Below are positions 37,901 through 52,229 of a stretch of DNA of 64,000 nt, one piece after another (within the stretch, counting starts at the first letter, position 1; every line of letters begins with the position of its first letter). The stretch is from Camelus dromedarius (Eukaryota). The notes beneath the pieces are model-generated. The model made no database searches and had not been told where the DNA came from. It worked only from the letters and a program-made list of their open reading frames with translations. The position numbers and the translations under genes were made by a program. The DNA lies in assembly GCF_036321535.1 (NCBI RefSeq), contig NC_087437.1:104968001-105032000 (forward strand), read 5' to 3'.

Positions 37901-39678
37901 TTCTTTGATGAAATAGCTCAGTGGTTTTGTAAATGCTGTGAATACAAAACTCAGACAGCGGTGCAAATAATTCTTTCAGAAAGGAGTCCTTTTCAAACAA
38001 GGAGATACTATAATGAAAGTGGTATTGGCAATAGTGTTCTGCTTTTACAGATTTCTGAGTAAGAATACTTGCAATCAAGTAATATTTTTATGACCTCCTT
38101 TTACTACTTGAATTTAAAATAAGCCCTGATTAGATCAAGTAATACAGTATATTTTTTAGTTATTCTCAGTTCTACACTCTTTAAGATTCTGTTAATATAT
38201 CTATGTTTTTAATTTTTGACTTTTACTTAGAATAGTAAGTATATCCTTGATATATTATCACATTAATTTGTATTATGGAAGAATAAAAAGAAATCCTTGC
38301 TTGAGATCAGATACCAAGCTTCATGGTAAAATGTCAGTCCCCTGTAGCAATGTGACATAATAAAAATGGTAATAATAAAGCATTGTTAACCAAGTGAAAT
38401 TGTTCCCTCATATTGTTATCTTCTCTGTTTTGGAAAGAAATTATTTCAGTACAAAGCATATAATTCATTATAAAATTATTAAAATATGCTTTATTTTATT
38501 TAAATTAAATATGCATAATCATTAATGATTCACAAATTAATATGATCATTAAAATGCCAATTAATATTTCTTAAATTTTGAATGACATGAGAAATGCTCA
38601 TTATTTAGAGTTAAATGAAAAAAAGAAAGCACACAATGAAATTTTAACAATAGCTAATTCTAGGAGCAGAGAGTCTTGTTCTTTACTTCTATCTTTTTTC
38701 TATGTTTTTCAATTCTATTTATTCTATCTGTTTCTATGTATTTCAGTTTTACTATCTTGAGTTTATAGTTTACTATATTAAAAATAATGATTGTTGTGTT
38801 TAATGTATTAAAAAATGTTGTAATTTTTAAAATGTGTTGTACATTTGCAAATACAGGCTTATTCTAGCTTGCTCTCACATATATTCACATATACCATTTT
38901 AGGAATTTTTCCCAACATGTTTCCTTAAAATTAGAGATTTAGAAACTCATTTCTGTACATGAAAATTTAATTTGTTTTCAGGGGGTTAAGTGGGAGATAA
39001 ATGAAGGACTAAAAAGATGGAAAGGAGGCTGTGGAGCAATTGGCAGAAATGGGAAAGAAGAGGCATTTCCTAAAACTGCAGACATTTACAAAGTTTTAGA
39101 AAGTAGTTATAATTAATAAATGCCGCTTATAGGCACAGGAAAAATTATACTTGGGAATAGTTGGGAGAAAAGATGCTTCTGTATTTAAAGAACTACAGTG
39201 TTTAATAATGATATTTAGTTCTGGTTAGTTTAATTATCAGTTATTTAACACTTGTCAAAATATGTATGTTTTCCAGGTCATACCTGCAAATACTAAAAAT
39301 ATCATTTTTTAAACGTGAAGGAATGGATATAAGTTGGATCTCTGTTGAGCTGTTTTGTTCAGATGCCTTTTTTGGGAAGCATAATTTTAAAGCTGATTTT
39401 TAATGTCACGTACTGGGTGTAAAGAAAAGTATTAGATTCATTCCCACTTACAGAAAGGGATTTGATGAGAACTATGTTTTTTTTTTTTTTTTTTTGATGC
39501 TGTATTTGCATTTCATCCCACAGAATCTCTTTTATTAAGAACCAGTAGAAACATTTCTTTTGGATACAGGAGGCCAGAAAAGTTGTTCTTCTGAGACTGT
39601 TGCTTTTAATCTCATGGACACATGGCATGATATAGAATTGTTCCCTTCTCTCTTTCTACTTTCAACCTGAGGGATAAA

Positions 39679-39850
39679 TTTTTTTTAACATTTTTTATTG
39701 ATTTATAATCATTTTACAATGTTGTGTCAAATTCCAGTGTTCAGCACAATTTTTCAGTTATTCATGCACATATACACACTCATTGTCACATTTTTTTCTC
39801 TGTGAGTTATCATAACATTTTGTGTATATTTCCCTGTGCTATACAGTGTA
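39679..39850 (-). mobile_element. Young L1 3' fragment (172 bp), same family as the full-length copy
   Basis: Near-identical reverse complement of ~16942-17113. Confidence 0.95.
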
Positions 39851-40919
39851 GAACTATGTTTATAATGGGGATTATGTTAAAACATATCACTTATCACTTA
39901 TGTTTACTATTACCATTCTGATATTTCTGAGTCATTTCCATACTGATTACAAACATGCTTATCAACCAAGTTGGAGTTCTGAGGGTGGTAAGCAATTGCC
40001 CACATGTTTATTTCTAATTGTCTGGTTCATCCTATCTTTTCAGAATTTTCAGTTATTATGGACATCATACAAAAATGTAAGACAGTACTTCATAGTGTTT
40101 TGTACTTTTTGCTTGCTAATGCATAATCTCTGCAGAAGGTATAAATAAAAATTGACTAAAAGTGTTTTACCTACCATCTGGAAGTCCAATATCAGGCTTC
40201 AATGAATAGCCTTCAACACTTACAGATTCTAATATCCTGGCTCTTTATGATAATATTCTAAGGGCAAATCCAGTTCAGAGTTTCCTTTTTTTTTCCCTTT
40301 TACTACATTAACCTATTGCAGTTTTGATTTCAATTACCTTGTAATGCATATAAAAATAAATTACAGAGAGAAAATATTACAGAGAGTTTTAACAAGTTAA
40401 TGGTGAATTAAATGTGCTCTCTTCTTCATTATGCAAATTTGCAATGCTGTGGAACATTTAGCACTCTCTCCTGGATAGCACTCAACATTTTATATGCAGA
40501 TAAGTCAACAGCTCTGGTGAACTTTTGCCTTACTCGTGCATTAATACAAGAAATACACGCTGAAGAATTTTTTTTTTTCAGTTGCTTTACTAACCTATAG
40601 GTAGGAGAAAAGAGAATTCACTGTTTCATATACAGCAAGTATTTCTAGTCATGTCAATCAGAATGTTCCTCCTGAAAAAGGTTTACTGTGCTCGGTGGTG
40701 AGCAAAAAATTGCTAATTTTGATTAAAATTTAAGTTTTTAAATGCATTTAATTATTTTTCTCATTGAAGTGACTGTATGATCATTGCGCAAACATATGAG
40801 TTTAGTTTTCTTGTCATAATTAATGGATATAATTTTCTTATCCTCCTATAGTTCCCACTTATCTGTTTAAATTCTGGCTATGTCAAACATAATGAATCAA
40901 TTTCCATTTATTAAAATGG

Positions 40920-41245
40920 AATTGGGAGATGTGGATCAAAGGGCACAAACTTGCAGTTGGAAGATGAATAAATGCTGGAGATCCAATGCATAGCATTGTG
41001 GTTAAAGTCAACAATGTTGTATTATATACTCCAAAGTTGCTAAGAGACTAGATCTTAAATGTTCTCATTACAAAAAAAAAAAAAAAGGAATGATAATTAT
41101 GTGATATAACAGGGGTACAGAGGTGTTACTTAACACTATGGTGGTAATCACATTGTAATATGTATATGTATCAAATACACACATTGTACACCTTAAACAT
41201 GCAATGCTGTATGTCAATTATATCAATTTAAAAATAAAATAAAGT
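40920..41245 (+). mobile_element. Old L1 (L1MA-like) 3' end
   Basis: GGTCAAAGGG-like start, AAAGTTGCTAAGAGACTAGATCTTAAATGTTCTCA, TGTACACCTTAAAC..TATGTCAATTATATC, A-rich tail. Confidence 0.8.
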
Positions 41246-41567
41246 TGAGATTATCTAAGCAACAGTTATTTGTGTGAAATAATCCATTTCTAATCTGTAT
41301 ATTATTCTAAATGGATTCTTTCCTTATATTGGTTTATATATTTCAGTGAAGAAGTCTCAAATTTTTGCTATCAGTTTGAAAAATTTGGTTCTAAATTGCC
41401 TTAAATCAGTTAACCTTAAAGTTCCTGTATGCTTTTAATATTTTCTTAAGCTTTAAATTCAAACTTCTTCTAAGATAATTTAAATGACTTGTAAATATAA
41501 TAATAAAAATTAGTATATTCAGAAGCAAAAGTAGAAGAGGAAGCACTTTTTTCATGAATATGTTAAA

Positions 41568-41735
41568 AGAAAAGTAAGAAAGAAGGAAGGAAGGAAAGTG
41601 AAAGATGGGGAGAGGGAGACAGAGTATGGTAGGAAGGAGGGGAGGAAGGAAGAAAGAGAGAAAGAAAGGAAGACAGAGAAAGGAGGAAGGGAAGGAAAAA
41701 AGAAAGAAGAAAGGAAGGAAGGGAGGAAGGAAGGC
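41568..41735. repeat. Purine-rich (GGAA/GAAA)n low-complexity tract
   Basis: Directly visible; almost no pyrimidines on the + strand. Confidence 0.9.
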
Positions 41736-42549
41736 TTTTTCAATGTTAGCTTGAGTTTTTAGATAGAGATGTTCATGTATAGATAAATGTGAATGTAGAT
41801 AAACATAGTTAAAGACATAGACATAGATGCAATTTCTTCCAGCCACTCAGGTATTCTAGCTTCAGAACAGAAGAAGCTTGTCCTATTGCACAGTTGAACT
41901 CCTAGTCTCTTACAGATGCCTTTGCCTTCATCTCCCTCAGTCAGGTTGTCCCAGATCATCATCAGTCAGCACAGCCCTATTTTTAAGAAATATTTATCTC
42001 TGCACCACCATGTCTGCTCTTTGTAGATCTTAGAGACACATCAGACAAATAAGAGTTGTAACTTTATATATCACTTTGGATTTTGGTTACCTAACAAAAC
42101 AATATAGCATTTTAATTGACAAGAAGGGAAAAATAGAGGATTGCCATACAGGTATAGCTATTCGGTTAATGTATGTTTCAGAAATGAAATTTCTGTGCTT
42201 GAAATGCTCCAGAGAAAATGTGGTTCTCCAAAGTTCAAGGTAAAAAATACAGTTTTAAAACTAATGACCATAATTTATTATTAACTGATTGACACAATTC
42301 TTATTAGTTGGATGGTATAGGTTCTTTATATAAATCCCTGAGGATTATTATTATTGACAGGGCCTTTATTAATGCTCATTATGATGAAACATGCATACTA
42401 GCTTATGTATATTATAAGTTCCACATCATTCCATGTAACAATTAGCCACTGTATATTGAGTATTTTATATTTAAAAAGTGTAAGGAAAATTAAAATAAAA
42501 AACAAAATATACTTTTCCCCCCTAATCTAACGTATCCCCTGACTCGTAA

Positions 42550-42975
42550 TTGGTAAGAACCCTGAAGGGTTTAAGATTTGACCTTACTTGCAAACTGACA
42601 TGTTAGCCTACTGCAGTTTCATGGAAGCTGTCAGAAGACATGAAACTCCTGGGTCAGAGACAAAAAGCTGTATTACTCTCAGAAAAAGCAATAGCTTGGG
42701 TGTTAGCATATTCATGCCAGTTCCCTGAGACCCAGTTCCCACAGGAAGAATGCAGATTGAACTAGAAAACTACACACACAGTGGGCTGCATCACAGGGAA
42801 GGAACACTTAGCTTGGGAAGTTGGCTGCTTTACAACAGGGGGTAAGTCAGTCTACTCTGTCAGGGTAGGAGATGTTACTTCATGTCTCAAGATTGCTCAG
42901 CACAAACACAACCTGTGAAATGGCCCAGGTAAAGAGTGGTCAGAGGCTTACCTCCCTCACACACTCAGCATTAAT
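42550..42975. mobile_element. Old ERV LTR (family uncertain), probably followed by internal relic to ~43700
   Basis: ACCCTGAAGGGTTTAAGATTTGACCTTACTTGCAAACTGAC..AGACATGAAACTCCTGGGTCAGAGACAAA resembles a recalled eutherian LTR. Confidence 0.55.
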
Positions 42976-45900
42976 TCCTAAAAGTAAAGCATAAACTTAC
43001 ACCACAGCATTCTCCTAACATGACAATCTCTTTTGCTGTTTCTTCTGCCATTTACACAAAGAAATAGCTGAGGACCAAAGAGCAAGGAGGAGGACAGGGA
43101 GACTGAGAAGCATCACACTTACTAGAATGATCAGCTGTCAGTGGAAACCTCCATGGATTGGGGGAATTCATCTGGAAGGCGAAGGCTTACTATCCAAGTT
43201 TCAGCAACAACCACGCTCTCACACTCTATTTAAAAGTATTTCAAAGCATCGCTCAGTTGTAAGCAGTCCATCTACCAACAGGATGTCTCCAACAAGCTAC
43301 AGAAACTCAGTAATAGGGTCTGTAGATCTGTTGGCATCTAGAGGTAAAGTCAAGAGATCAGGAGGTGGGCTCCATCCCTCAAATTAGACACTAGAAATAA
43401 GGCATGTACAAGCTAGTGCTTTGACAGGACCTGGTAAAATATACAAATGGCCACAATGAGAGTTAAAAACTTTGGCCACTGGACCCCCTACACTTAAGAA
43501 AAGGGGAAATGAGATCTCTTAATAGGGTAGGAGAAATCTGTGGTGAGAGTCTGAGCTTCAGTTTCAGAATCAACACAGCAACATCAAGTCCTGAATCACT
43601 TTTAAGCAATGATGATCAGAGCACAAAACTGGATCCCAGCCTGACAGCTTATATCTGACCTGAGAGGTGAATGAGTCTAAGTTCCCTGCATCACTGAGAA
43701 AATGAAACGAGTTAGTTGCACAGGCTTCTTACCTGTAGCCTAATGGTCTGATTATTAGCGTAAGGCTAAATATACCAATGTTTAATGAATAGTCTTTATT
43801 CTTTGATTTAAGCCATTTTTTAAAGAAGCAGAGATAAATTAATACTTACAAATTTCAGGAAGTAAGGGCCTGATATAAATTTGAATCATCCATAAGTCAA
43901 GATGCAGGTTATAATTTCATTTTTACTTTTAGTTCTCTGAGTTTTTAAATGTCTGAGGATCAGGACTATTCAATGCCTTACTTGAACAGAATTAATCAAC
44001 TATATATTTTAAAAGAGTCATTTTGGTTTATATATGTATATTTTATATACTCCCATTATTTTCAGGTCCTACTAAAGAATGTGTAAACTGTTGTATAATG
44101 GAAAAAAAGGAACTATTACTTCCTAAATGTGACAAATCATAATTGTGAGATTTATTAAGCTATACCAACAGTAGTAATGCTTTTTGGATTATCTTTTATA
44201 TATCAAGGTATGCTATTATTTGAACTGTTTCTGTAAAATTATAAATATCATCATTGTAACTTGGTAATGTTAGAAAATAATAATGTGAAAAGAAACTCTT
44301 ATCTCACTGTACATAGAGTTATTCTCATTTAGTTGCAAATGACGTAAAACATAATTGAAACTGACTGGAGCAAAAATGAATTTATTGACTCATGTAACTG
44401 ATAAATTCAGGGGTCTCAGATCTGCTTTCAGTTACATCTGGATATAAAAGCAGAAACAATGTAATCATATCCATTTTTTAGCCAATTTCTTGTTCAGCTG
44501 TTGTCTGCTCCTCCTTGCCAGACAGATTCCTTCTTTGTGATTATAAGATGGATGCCCATCAATTTCTATGCAAGTAAATAAGCAAGAATCCTGTTTTCTG
44601 GTAACTTCCACATATGTCATGTGATGCATGTTCAGGTCACGTGCTCAGCCCTGAACCAAAGGAGCTTTGGCCTGGATCTCCACTTCGGCAGTGCTCTGGA
44701 GATAGGGGCGGAGCCCTGCCCAGGCAGTGAGGACTAAGAGTGGAGGGGTGGGGATCTGATCCCTGAATCACATTTCTGAATCACTGCTCTAAGTAACTTT
44801 TGGATAAAGAACTTTGGGGTAATAAAAATGAAATATAGCCACTTCACCTTATAATTTTTTAAATGGTCTTTTAAGGACAATGCATGAGAGGGGAAAGTAA
44901 AGCATTCAGTTCTAATCAGAACTGCCAATAATTTAAATAAATTTATTCTATTCTTTCCTTTGAATGAGCCAAAGGACAAAGTAAGTTTCATTTCATTTCA
45001 GAATAGCTTTCAAAATAAACTTTAAAAGGAGATGTTAGTTGAATTTAAATACATAATACTCAATCACATTTTTATTATTTATACATTGAATGATTAATGT
45101 ATTAGATGCTATGGAATTACAGTAACTTTTGATGCCATCTCCAAAATCTCTATAACAAAATACACTGACATCAGTATTCTGTTTTTAAATATGGTGAGTG
45201 AAAATAGAAAAAAAATAAAAAAATTTTTCGTAGATACTTATTTGGGCATCTAAAGCTCAAACTGGGATTGAACTTAGGCACGTACAAAGACACACCTGCA
45301 TTTTTCCATTATAGTACAAGAGCTGCTTGTGTGGGCTGGAAATTGGCAGAGCTGAATGCTTAAGAGCATGTCTACAATTAAGTGCGCCAGGCCTGTTTAA
45401 CTTCTTGGATGCTGAGAGCAATGAATCTAGTTTAAGCCAATTTTTAATTCAGATATTCATATGTTTTTACATGAAGCTTTTCAAATGGGAAACTAATCAA
45501 TTCTATGCCATTTCTCCACTGAATTACTTCTTTGCCCATTTATACACCTGAATTAAAGAATAGGTAGATGGAAGCTGCTGCTTGCCTATTACCTTGGGGT
45601 GGTGGGGAATGGCTCTGCTTTATCTTGAGTGTTATATTCTTTGTAGAAGGCAGAGGGTAATTTAACCTTTCTCCAATAGCACAAACCTAACTTGCCCCGA
45701 GGACATGAAACAGAAAGTAGAAGATGAAACTAGATCATCGTAGGACAGCTCATGACTGGATATGCCTGGAAGTCCCTGCGTTCACTCCACTGCTTTATTT
45801 TGTTGCTCTATTATGAGCTTTAAAGTAGAAAAGAAAATAAGCTGGTGGAAAAATACAAGAAACTAACTTATATACTTTATGAAATAAACTTGATTTTTCA

Positions 45901-47169
45901 TGATTTAAAAAAATAAACTGCAATAATCCCAAATGAAGGAGGGGAGTAATTAAAAATAAACCCACTGTGGTCCACCAAACATCCACCCCCATTTCCTCCC
46001 TTCCTTACTCCTTCCCTACCTCCATCTCTTCTTGCTCTCTTTATCTGTCTCTCTCTTTTTCCTTCTTAAAAGAAAGTAAAATACAAGTTGAGGGCAGTAG
46101 GTCCAACATACGTGTATCCAGCTGAAGTGTCTGAATAAGAGAACCTGTAATTATTGACACTATAATAGGCAAATTCACTTAATTCTTCAACTAATTGTAT
46201 TTTATTTGTCATTATGCCTATTTCCTACAGATAAGGTAAGCCAAGCTCAGAGATTTTGTGTAACTTGCAAGAGTCACACAGTTTTTTTTGCAAAGTCAGG
46301 ATCTGAACGCAGTTCATTTTAACTCCATATAAAATATAAGCTAGTGATGTTAAAAACACTTTGGGGGGAAAAAGAAATGATGGTTTCTCTTTTAATAGAA
46401 TAGTTTGGATTTACCACCTTTATTTCCATATCATTCTTCCAGAAGCCAGTATCAGCTTTCTACTAAACCCCAACTTCCTTTCCATATAAATTTCTCTTGA
46501 TCACAAATAAATTACTGTTTATGTTACAGCTGCACAGTGTTTTTAAATTGATGCTTCAGCCTTTCCTACCACTTATTTGCAATTTTCTTCAGAGGTGGAA
46601 TTAAAGGGAAATTATATTTTCTACAAAAGGAAAGCAGAAGGGAGAATGGCTTTATTGGCATGCTCTTTAAAAGTCTCACCTTTTTCCTGGTTAGAAAATA
46701 CAATTACCCTTAACATTGACAATGATGCATCAGTATAACAAATACACAAGGGACAAAAATGCCAAAAGAAGGATGATGATTTTCTCCTCTTTTACAGTTT
46801 CTGGGCATTATTTAAAAACTAAGATATATGTATTCTATTTATTTACAGCTTATGTGGGTTATTGGCCAATTTCTTATTGCATCTACTTATAATGCTTCTA
46901 CAAAGTGATAAAAGTCAACTGGGGAAATACAAGAAGTTTCTCCTGGTTAAAAGGGATACTTAAACTCAAAATATTTATTTCCATATATAGTATATATTAT
47001 ATATAGTATTATGTAGTATAATATGTCTTTTATCTAAAATATGTCATTAAATATGTAACTTCAATCAAAAACTTTGGATTAGGTGGGCCTCCTGTCTGAT
47101 ATGGTAAATGGAGTATTGTCCAAGTTGTATTTTGGGAAGGAAGAGTATTTGGAATTCAGCACGGTCTGA

Positions 47170-47551
47170 GAGTAAATACTATTTCACCCTCTGAGAAGCA
47201 ATGCACCAGCTGGCCTGGCCCTCCCAAGCAGACGGCGTCACCGGCCGTGGGGGTTCCTCTGAAGTCCCTAAGACATCTGTACTGGCCTGGGGCTGCTCCA
47301 TTCTCAGAGATTTGCAACCCACAGCAGAATTTCTTCTTCTCTGAAGGAGACTCAGTTCTGCTCTTAAGGTCATTCTACCGATTAACTCAGATTTACTGAG
47401 GTAATCTAGGATAATCTCCTTTATTTGCTGTCAATTTATTATGTATTTAACTCATCTACAAAATACCCATATTTAATACATAGATCAGTATTTGTTTGAA
47501 TAAGTGGGGATTATAGACTAGCCAAGTTGATACATAAAACTAACCACTGCA
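47170..47551 (-). mobile_element. MLT2 (ERVL) LTR
   Basis: Ends CTAGCCAAGTTGATACATAAAACTAACCA, the reverse complement of the MLT2 5' end. Confidence 0.7.
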
Positions 47552-47589
47552 GATTCTGAGATTGGAAATGTAAATACTTGGGCGTACAC

Positions 47590-48265
47590 AGGAGAAAATA
47601 ACCTGCACCCTGGAGTTATCCTAGCCTCCTTTGCCAGTAAAGCACTTACCACCCCACGTCTGAAGGCATTTGCCTCCTCTTGCTTAAAGAAGTTACAATA
47701 AAATGATCTGAGGCAGTTGCCCTGTAAGGACACACCGACTGCTCTCAAGACACAACCAGGCCCCTCTTATCACCTCAACACCACTAATGAGGGTCTGATG
47801 TCAGCTCGTTTCAGGGGAGTCTGACCCTAGAGAAAGTAGTTTATACTCCAAAAGAAATGGAAGGTTTTTGTTAATTTCATAAGCCTGGGAATATGTGTGT
47901 AAGTGAATTCCCAAAGTATTAGGTAAAGTGGGATGGACATGATTACTCACTGGACTGATATGAATATATTGATATGGGTATACACCAAAAATTCTAAATG
48001 TGATACATTAGCTCATGCAGCTGGCAATGTCTCTATCAGTTTATTTGGTTGTTTGTCTGAAACTTGGATCAGTGGCATGCACCTCCATTCAGTCAGTTTC
48101 AGGTGCTAGAAATTTCTTGACCTAATGTGGATACAGGAATACGAAATCTTTGTAAAACAGAGTGAATTTATCACATGTAGTCTGCATACCACCAACCCTG
48201 CACCCCTACACCAACTATGTCCACTGAGAGACCCAGAGGATACTTCCCACATTTCTCTCTCAGAG
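47590..48265 (+). mobile_element. ERVL internal (gag-region) relic
   Basis: GAATATATTGATATGGG..TTAGCTC..CAGTTTATTTGGTTGTTTGTCTGAAACTTGGATC..CCCAGAGGATAC resembles recalled ERVL gag; disrupted. Confidence 0.6.
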
Positions 48266-48441
48266 AGAGAATTAAAGAAATGGGAAAAGAGAGACACACA
48301 CATACACACATGCATGTACATTTATATGTATGTACATATATACACATTTGCATATATGATTTATGTGTATATATACATAAAAATAAAGCTGAATATCATC
48401 ACCTGTAGAGGAAGAATCAGATATATGTGTGTATTCTATAT

Positions 48442-48628
48442 TAGGGTTGGCAAACTTTTTCTTAAACAGGGTGATAAAAAATATTTTAGGTGTGAGATAG
48501 TGAAATCCAGGGTATTACAGAGGAGTTTATATAACCATTTAAAATGTAACCATTTAAAAATGTAAAAGAAATTCTTGGATCACAGGCTGTACAAAAACAG
48601 GTTTGTTGAGGATAGTTTGTCATGCCTG
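48442..48628. mobile_element. MER58-like hAT-Charlie MITE
   Basis: Termini (T)AGGGTTGGCAAACT ... AGTTTGTCATGCCTG; candidate 8-bp TSD TTCTATAT / TTCTAGGT. Confidence 0.7.
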
Positions 48629-49360
48629 TTCTAGGTCATCAGAAAAGTATGACACCGATCTTCATTGTTTACAAGAGCATAATTAATTGGGCAAAATATG
48701 TACAATTTGACAGTGTTGATCATATTTTACTTCTTAAATAAATGCTCCTTGAGTTCTAAGATACTTGCTTGCTCACTTAAAAATCCCCCAAACCCAGTGC
48801 AGTGTTCAACACATATAAATTCTCAATAAATATTGGAAGAATCAGTCAATGAATGAATCAAATAAGTGAATCAATCAGTGTTAAGTTGGCCACTCAGTTC
48901 TTCTCTCTCTGAACTGTTCATACATTTAGCTTTTCTTTTTGCAAAAGTGCAAATACCTCACAAATCATCACCACTTTCTAGTAAAAACAAACAAATGAAA
49001 CATCTATGGATTCCCAATTCTCATACATTGGAAGTTTCACATTGTTAAAAACAAAAGCAAATATGTTTCATAAGGGTGAAGTTTCAATTTAAAATTATTT
49101 CTGGAGAAACGAGTGCACTTTTGTCAGATATGAACAAAAAGAGTTTGACTATTGAATTTATAGGGTTTTTTTTTTCCTTTTAGCTATCTCTGATTAATTA
49201 AATATTGTTAGTTTATTAAAAAAATAAATCTAAGGCCATATTTGTATGGCCTGATATTGCAATTTGAAAAATATGTCCCATGGCATTGCATCTATAAATA
49301 CAAAAGCTATAAATTCTTCCAAATAAACATCATGGAATTAAATAAGTCTTTTGAAGCCAC

Positions 49361-49387
<27 letters not shown>
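49361..49387. repeat. (CA)n microsatellite
   Basis: Directly visible. Confidence 0.95.
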
Positions 49388-49391
<4 letters not shown>

Positions 49392-50842
49392 TCTGTGTTA
49401 TTAGAAAGAAAAATATGAAAAGAAAAATATGAAAAATATGAAAAGAAAAATATGTTATTAGAAAAATACATTATTAGAAAGAAAAATAAAATTTTATTAT
49501 AATGCCAAGTGTATTACCTGCAAAATTAACTTATACTCTAAAGGTTTCCTTTCCAGAAATTTAAAAAATAATATTTTGCTTATTATACCTGCCTTCAAGC
49601 ACCTAGCACAGCTCCCCAGTAAATTAATTCACTACCTTTATAGTTTTATACACTGTCTTCAAGAACAAGACCAAATGTTCATATAATTTCTGGCCAAAAA
49701 AAAAAAAAAAAAACACAGGAGAGAATTTGCCCTAGTTAAGTTGGAATTATTATACCAGCATCTCTCTATTCACTTTTTGACCTCTTTATGAAAACCAAAT
49801 CTCTCAGTTATAAGCACAGGATGTTTACTGATGACATACAACACAAGCCATTCAAGCCTTGTGTAATAAGGCCCTAGAGATGAAACCCACACAGAGCTTC
49901 AAGTTATTTCAGACGGCTGATGTCACTGAAGGGAGAAAAGCATGAACGAAAGGTAATTCTGTAACAGAAGTCTAAGCCGGTAACTACAGGGCCAAACAGA
50001 ACTTCCTTTGGTGTCCGTCTCTGAGTCTAACGCCCCCAGGGATTTCCAAGAAAGGAGAAGGAAAATTATTTTGAGAAAAGGAATTTTTTTTTAAACAGTT
50101 TTCTATTCTTTGACAAATTCTATGAGCAAAAGAGGGAAAGAAGCAGCTGGAGCAGAGTCTCTATTGTGTCACTAGACCCTAACCTTTATCCCCGCACATC
50201 TGTTTTTTTTTTTCCTTTTTCTTTTCTCTTTTCCATTTTCTACAGCTCAGTAAGCCCAGTTATTCTTAAAAGCAGGAGCTGGATTCCAACCAGCTCAATA
50301 GCAAAAAGATCTTCAAGTAAAAGACCTGTGTTTGCAAAAACGACAGCAACAAAAACTGCCTAAAGTTAAGGAATTTGCATTCTAAGATAAACAAAAATAT
50401 ATTAAAAACAATAAATTACACGATGTGTTAGGGTTATGATGAGGAAAATAAATAGTAGAAAAAGGCAGATGAAGATTGTCACGGGGGGATTGGAATTTAA
50501 AGCACGGTGGGCCTGACTGAGAAGTGACATATAGGTAAAGGGGTTAATGTTTAGCTTGTTTTTCAGATCCTCATTTTTGGTGCTCTCTCCTTTTCTTTTC
50601 TTTTCTTTTTCTTCTGATTTCTACAGACAGCACAGGGAAGACTTTGTTCCTGTTCTGATTTTCCTCATCATTTCTCCCAACTCCTCGAGATGCATTGTGG
50701 GGCTATTATATTCTGCCTGAGAAACTGAGGTGGATCTATTTCTTGTGATTTTTTTGTAATACTTGATGATGTCTTAATATAAGAGTAAGTTTGCATTACT
50801 CCCATCATGAGTTTTTTTCAGTGTATTTATTCATTCATTAAA

Positions 50843-51027
50843 CCTGGAGTTCTCCGATTCTAGCTCCTTGACAAACATACTCAGCATCCGGGAAACCCGT
50901 TAGAACTACAAATACCCCGGCCCCACCCCAGTTTTATTGAATAAGAAACCCAGGGATGCAGAGTCCAGAAATCTATTTCATCAGCCTTCAGGTGATTGTG
51001 ACACACCCTTGAGTTTGGGAACCTCTG
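50843..51027 (+). mobile_element. MER5A-like hAT relic
   Basis: CAGCATC..GTTAGAA..GGCCCCACCCCAG..CAGGTGATT..AGTTTGGGAACCTCTG. Confidence 0.65.
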
Positions 51028-51059
51028 CAATGGCTCTCAATGGCAGAAACAATGGCAGC

Positions 51060-51245
51060 ATAAGAAAAGCCAAGATTTGGACTCAGACAGGCATTTGAAG
51101 CCCAGATCTACAGGTTGTGCTTGTTCTGTAACTTTGGGGAGATGACTTAATCTCATCAACCTCAGCTTTCTCATCTGCAAAATGGGTATAACAAAATAAA
51201 ACACCCAGGATTGCCATGAGGACTCAAAGCAATGTAAATAAAATG
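51060..51245 (+). mobile_element. MIR SINE
   Basis: TGTAACTTTGGG..ACTTAATCTC..CCTCAGCTTTCTCATCTGCAAAATGGGTATAA core. Confidence 0.7.
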
Positions 51246-52229
51246 ATATTTCAACATATCATGGTTATTCATCTAATAAGCACATACTGAACACCAACTG
51301 AGTGGTTGGTGACAGGAGTTAGAAAAACAGAATCCCAATGCCTGAATTACCTAGTTTTCACACTATCAGGGCAGTGTGATGGGTTCCACCATTGAAAGTG
51401 TAAGTTCAGTTTGAGTCCGTAGGAACTTGCCTTTGAGTCCTGCCTCGGTGCGGGGCAGAAGAAGCTACATAGGAAACCAGGATCAGGACTCCAGGTGACA
51501 TCACACAGATCTGGTACCTGTGTTTCTCTTCACTTGTAAATGACAGTAGCAGAGAGAAGGCAGAGAAGAAAGAAGCAGAGTGTTGATGCAGCTACCAATT
51601 CAGATCCCAACAAGAAAGTAGTACAATCTCACTAAGACCCTAAAACCAAAATACCTTGGGAAGCAGTGGCCATAAGATCAGCAAAGAGAGGATTTTCTTC
51701 TTCGAGATGGCCAGTCCTGTCTTTCCTTTCACACACAGCTGTCAAGGAGAGGAGGCACAGCGGGCCACCTAGTTGTTGTATATTTGGGGACAGTGTAGAT
51801 TTCATAAAATTTTCCCTGAAAACTAATAGAGGATTTTTATTAGCAAGAGTTTCTGCGACCTGTTATTTAGGAAATTGTCTACCTAATGCCCCTAATGCCT
51901 CCTTATTATTTTTGTTAAATGGCCCAGCCAATCCATTCAAGCGGACATGGACATTAATATTCATTTGGTGTTCTGACTTAATTCCTGGCCTCTCAGCATG
52001 TTGGTAGGTCAGTAGATCCTGGATTTGTCTCTGTCTTGGTTAAAGCAAATTTGTATCCTGATCTTCAGATTTTTCACTCCAAAATTTGGGTTCCCCCCAC
52101 TACCCGCTTCCATACATACATCATAGTTTGCTGCCCTTGTGCCCAGATACCCAAACTCCTAAGACATTCTTTTTTTTTTTTCTCTTTCTTCACTTTTCAA
52201 TTATGACTTTTCTACCTTTTGCTCTAGTC

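Noticed and set aside
41406..41962. 146-aa F/L/S/P-rich ORF and neighbours
   Set aside because: Translation of a low-complexity pyrimidine tract.
48106..48565. 146-aa ORF
   Set aside because: It spans a decayed ERVL relic, TA/CA low-complexity sequence and a MITE, so it is not a coherent gene.
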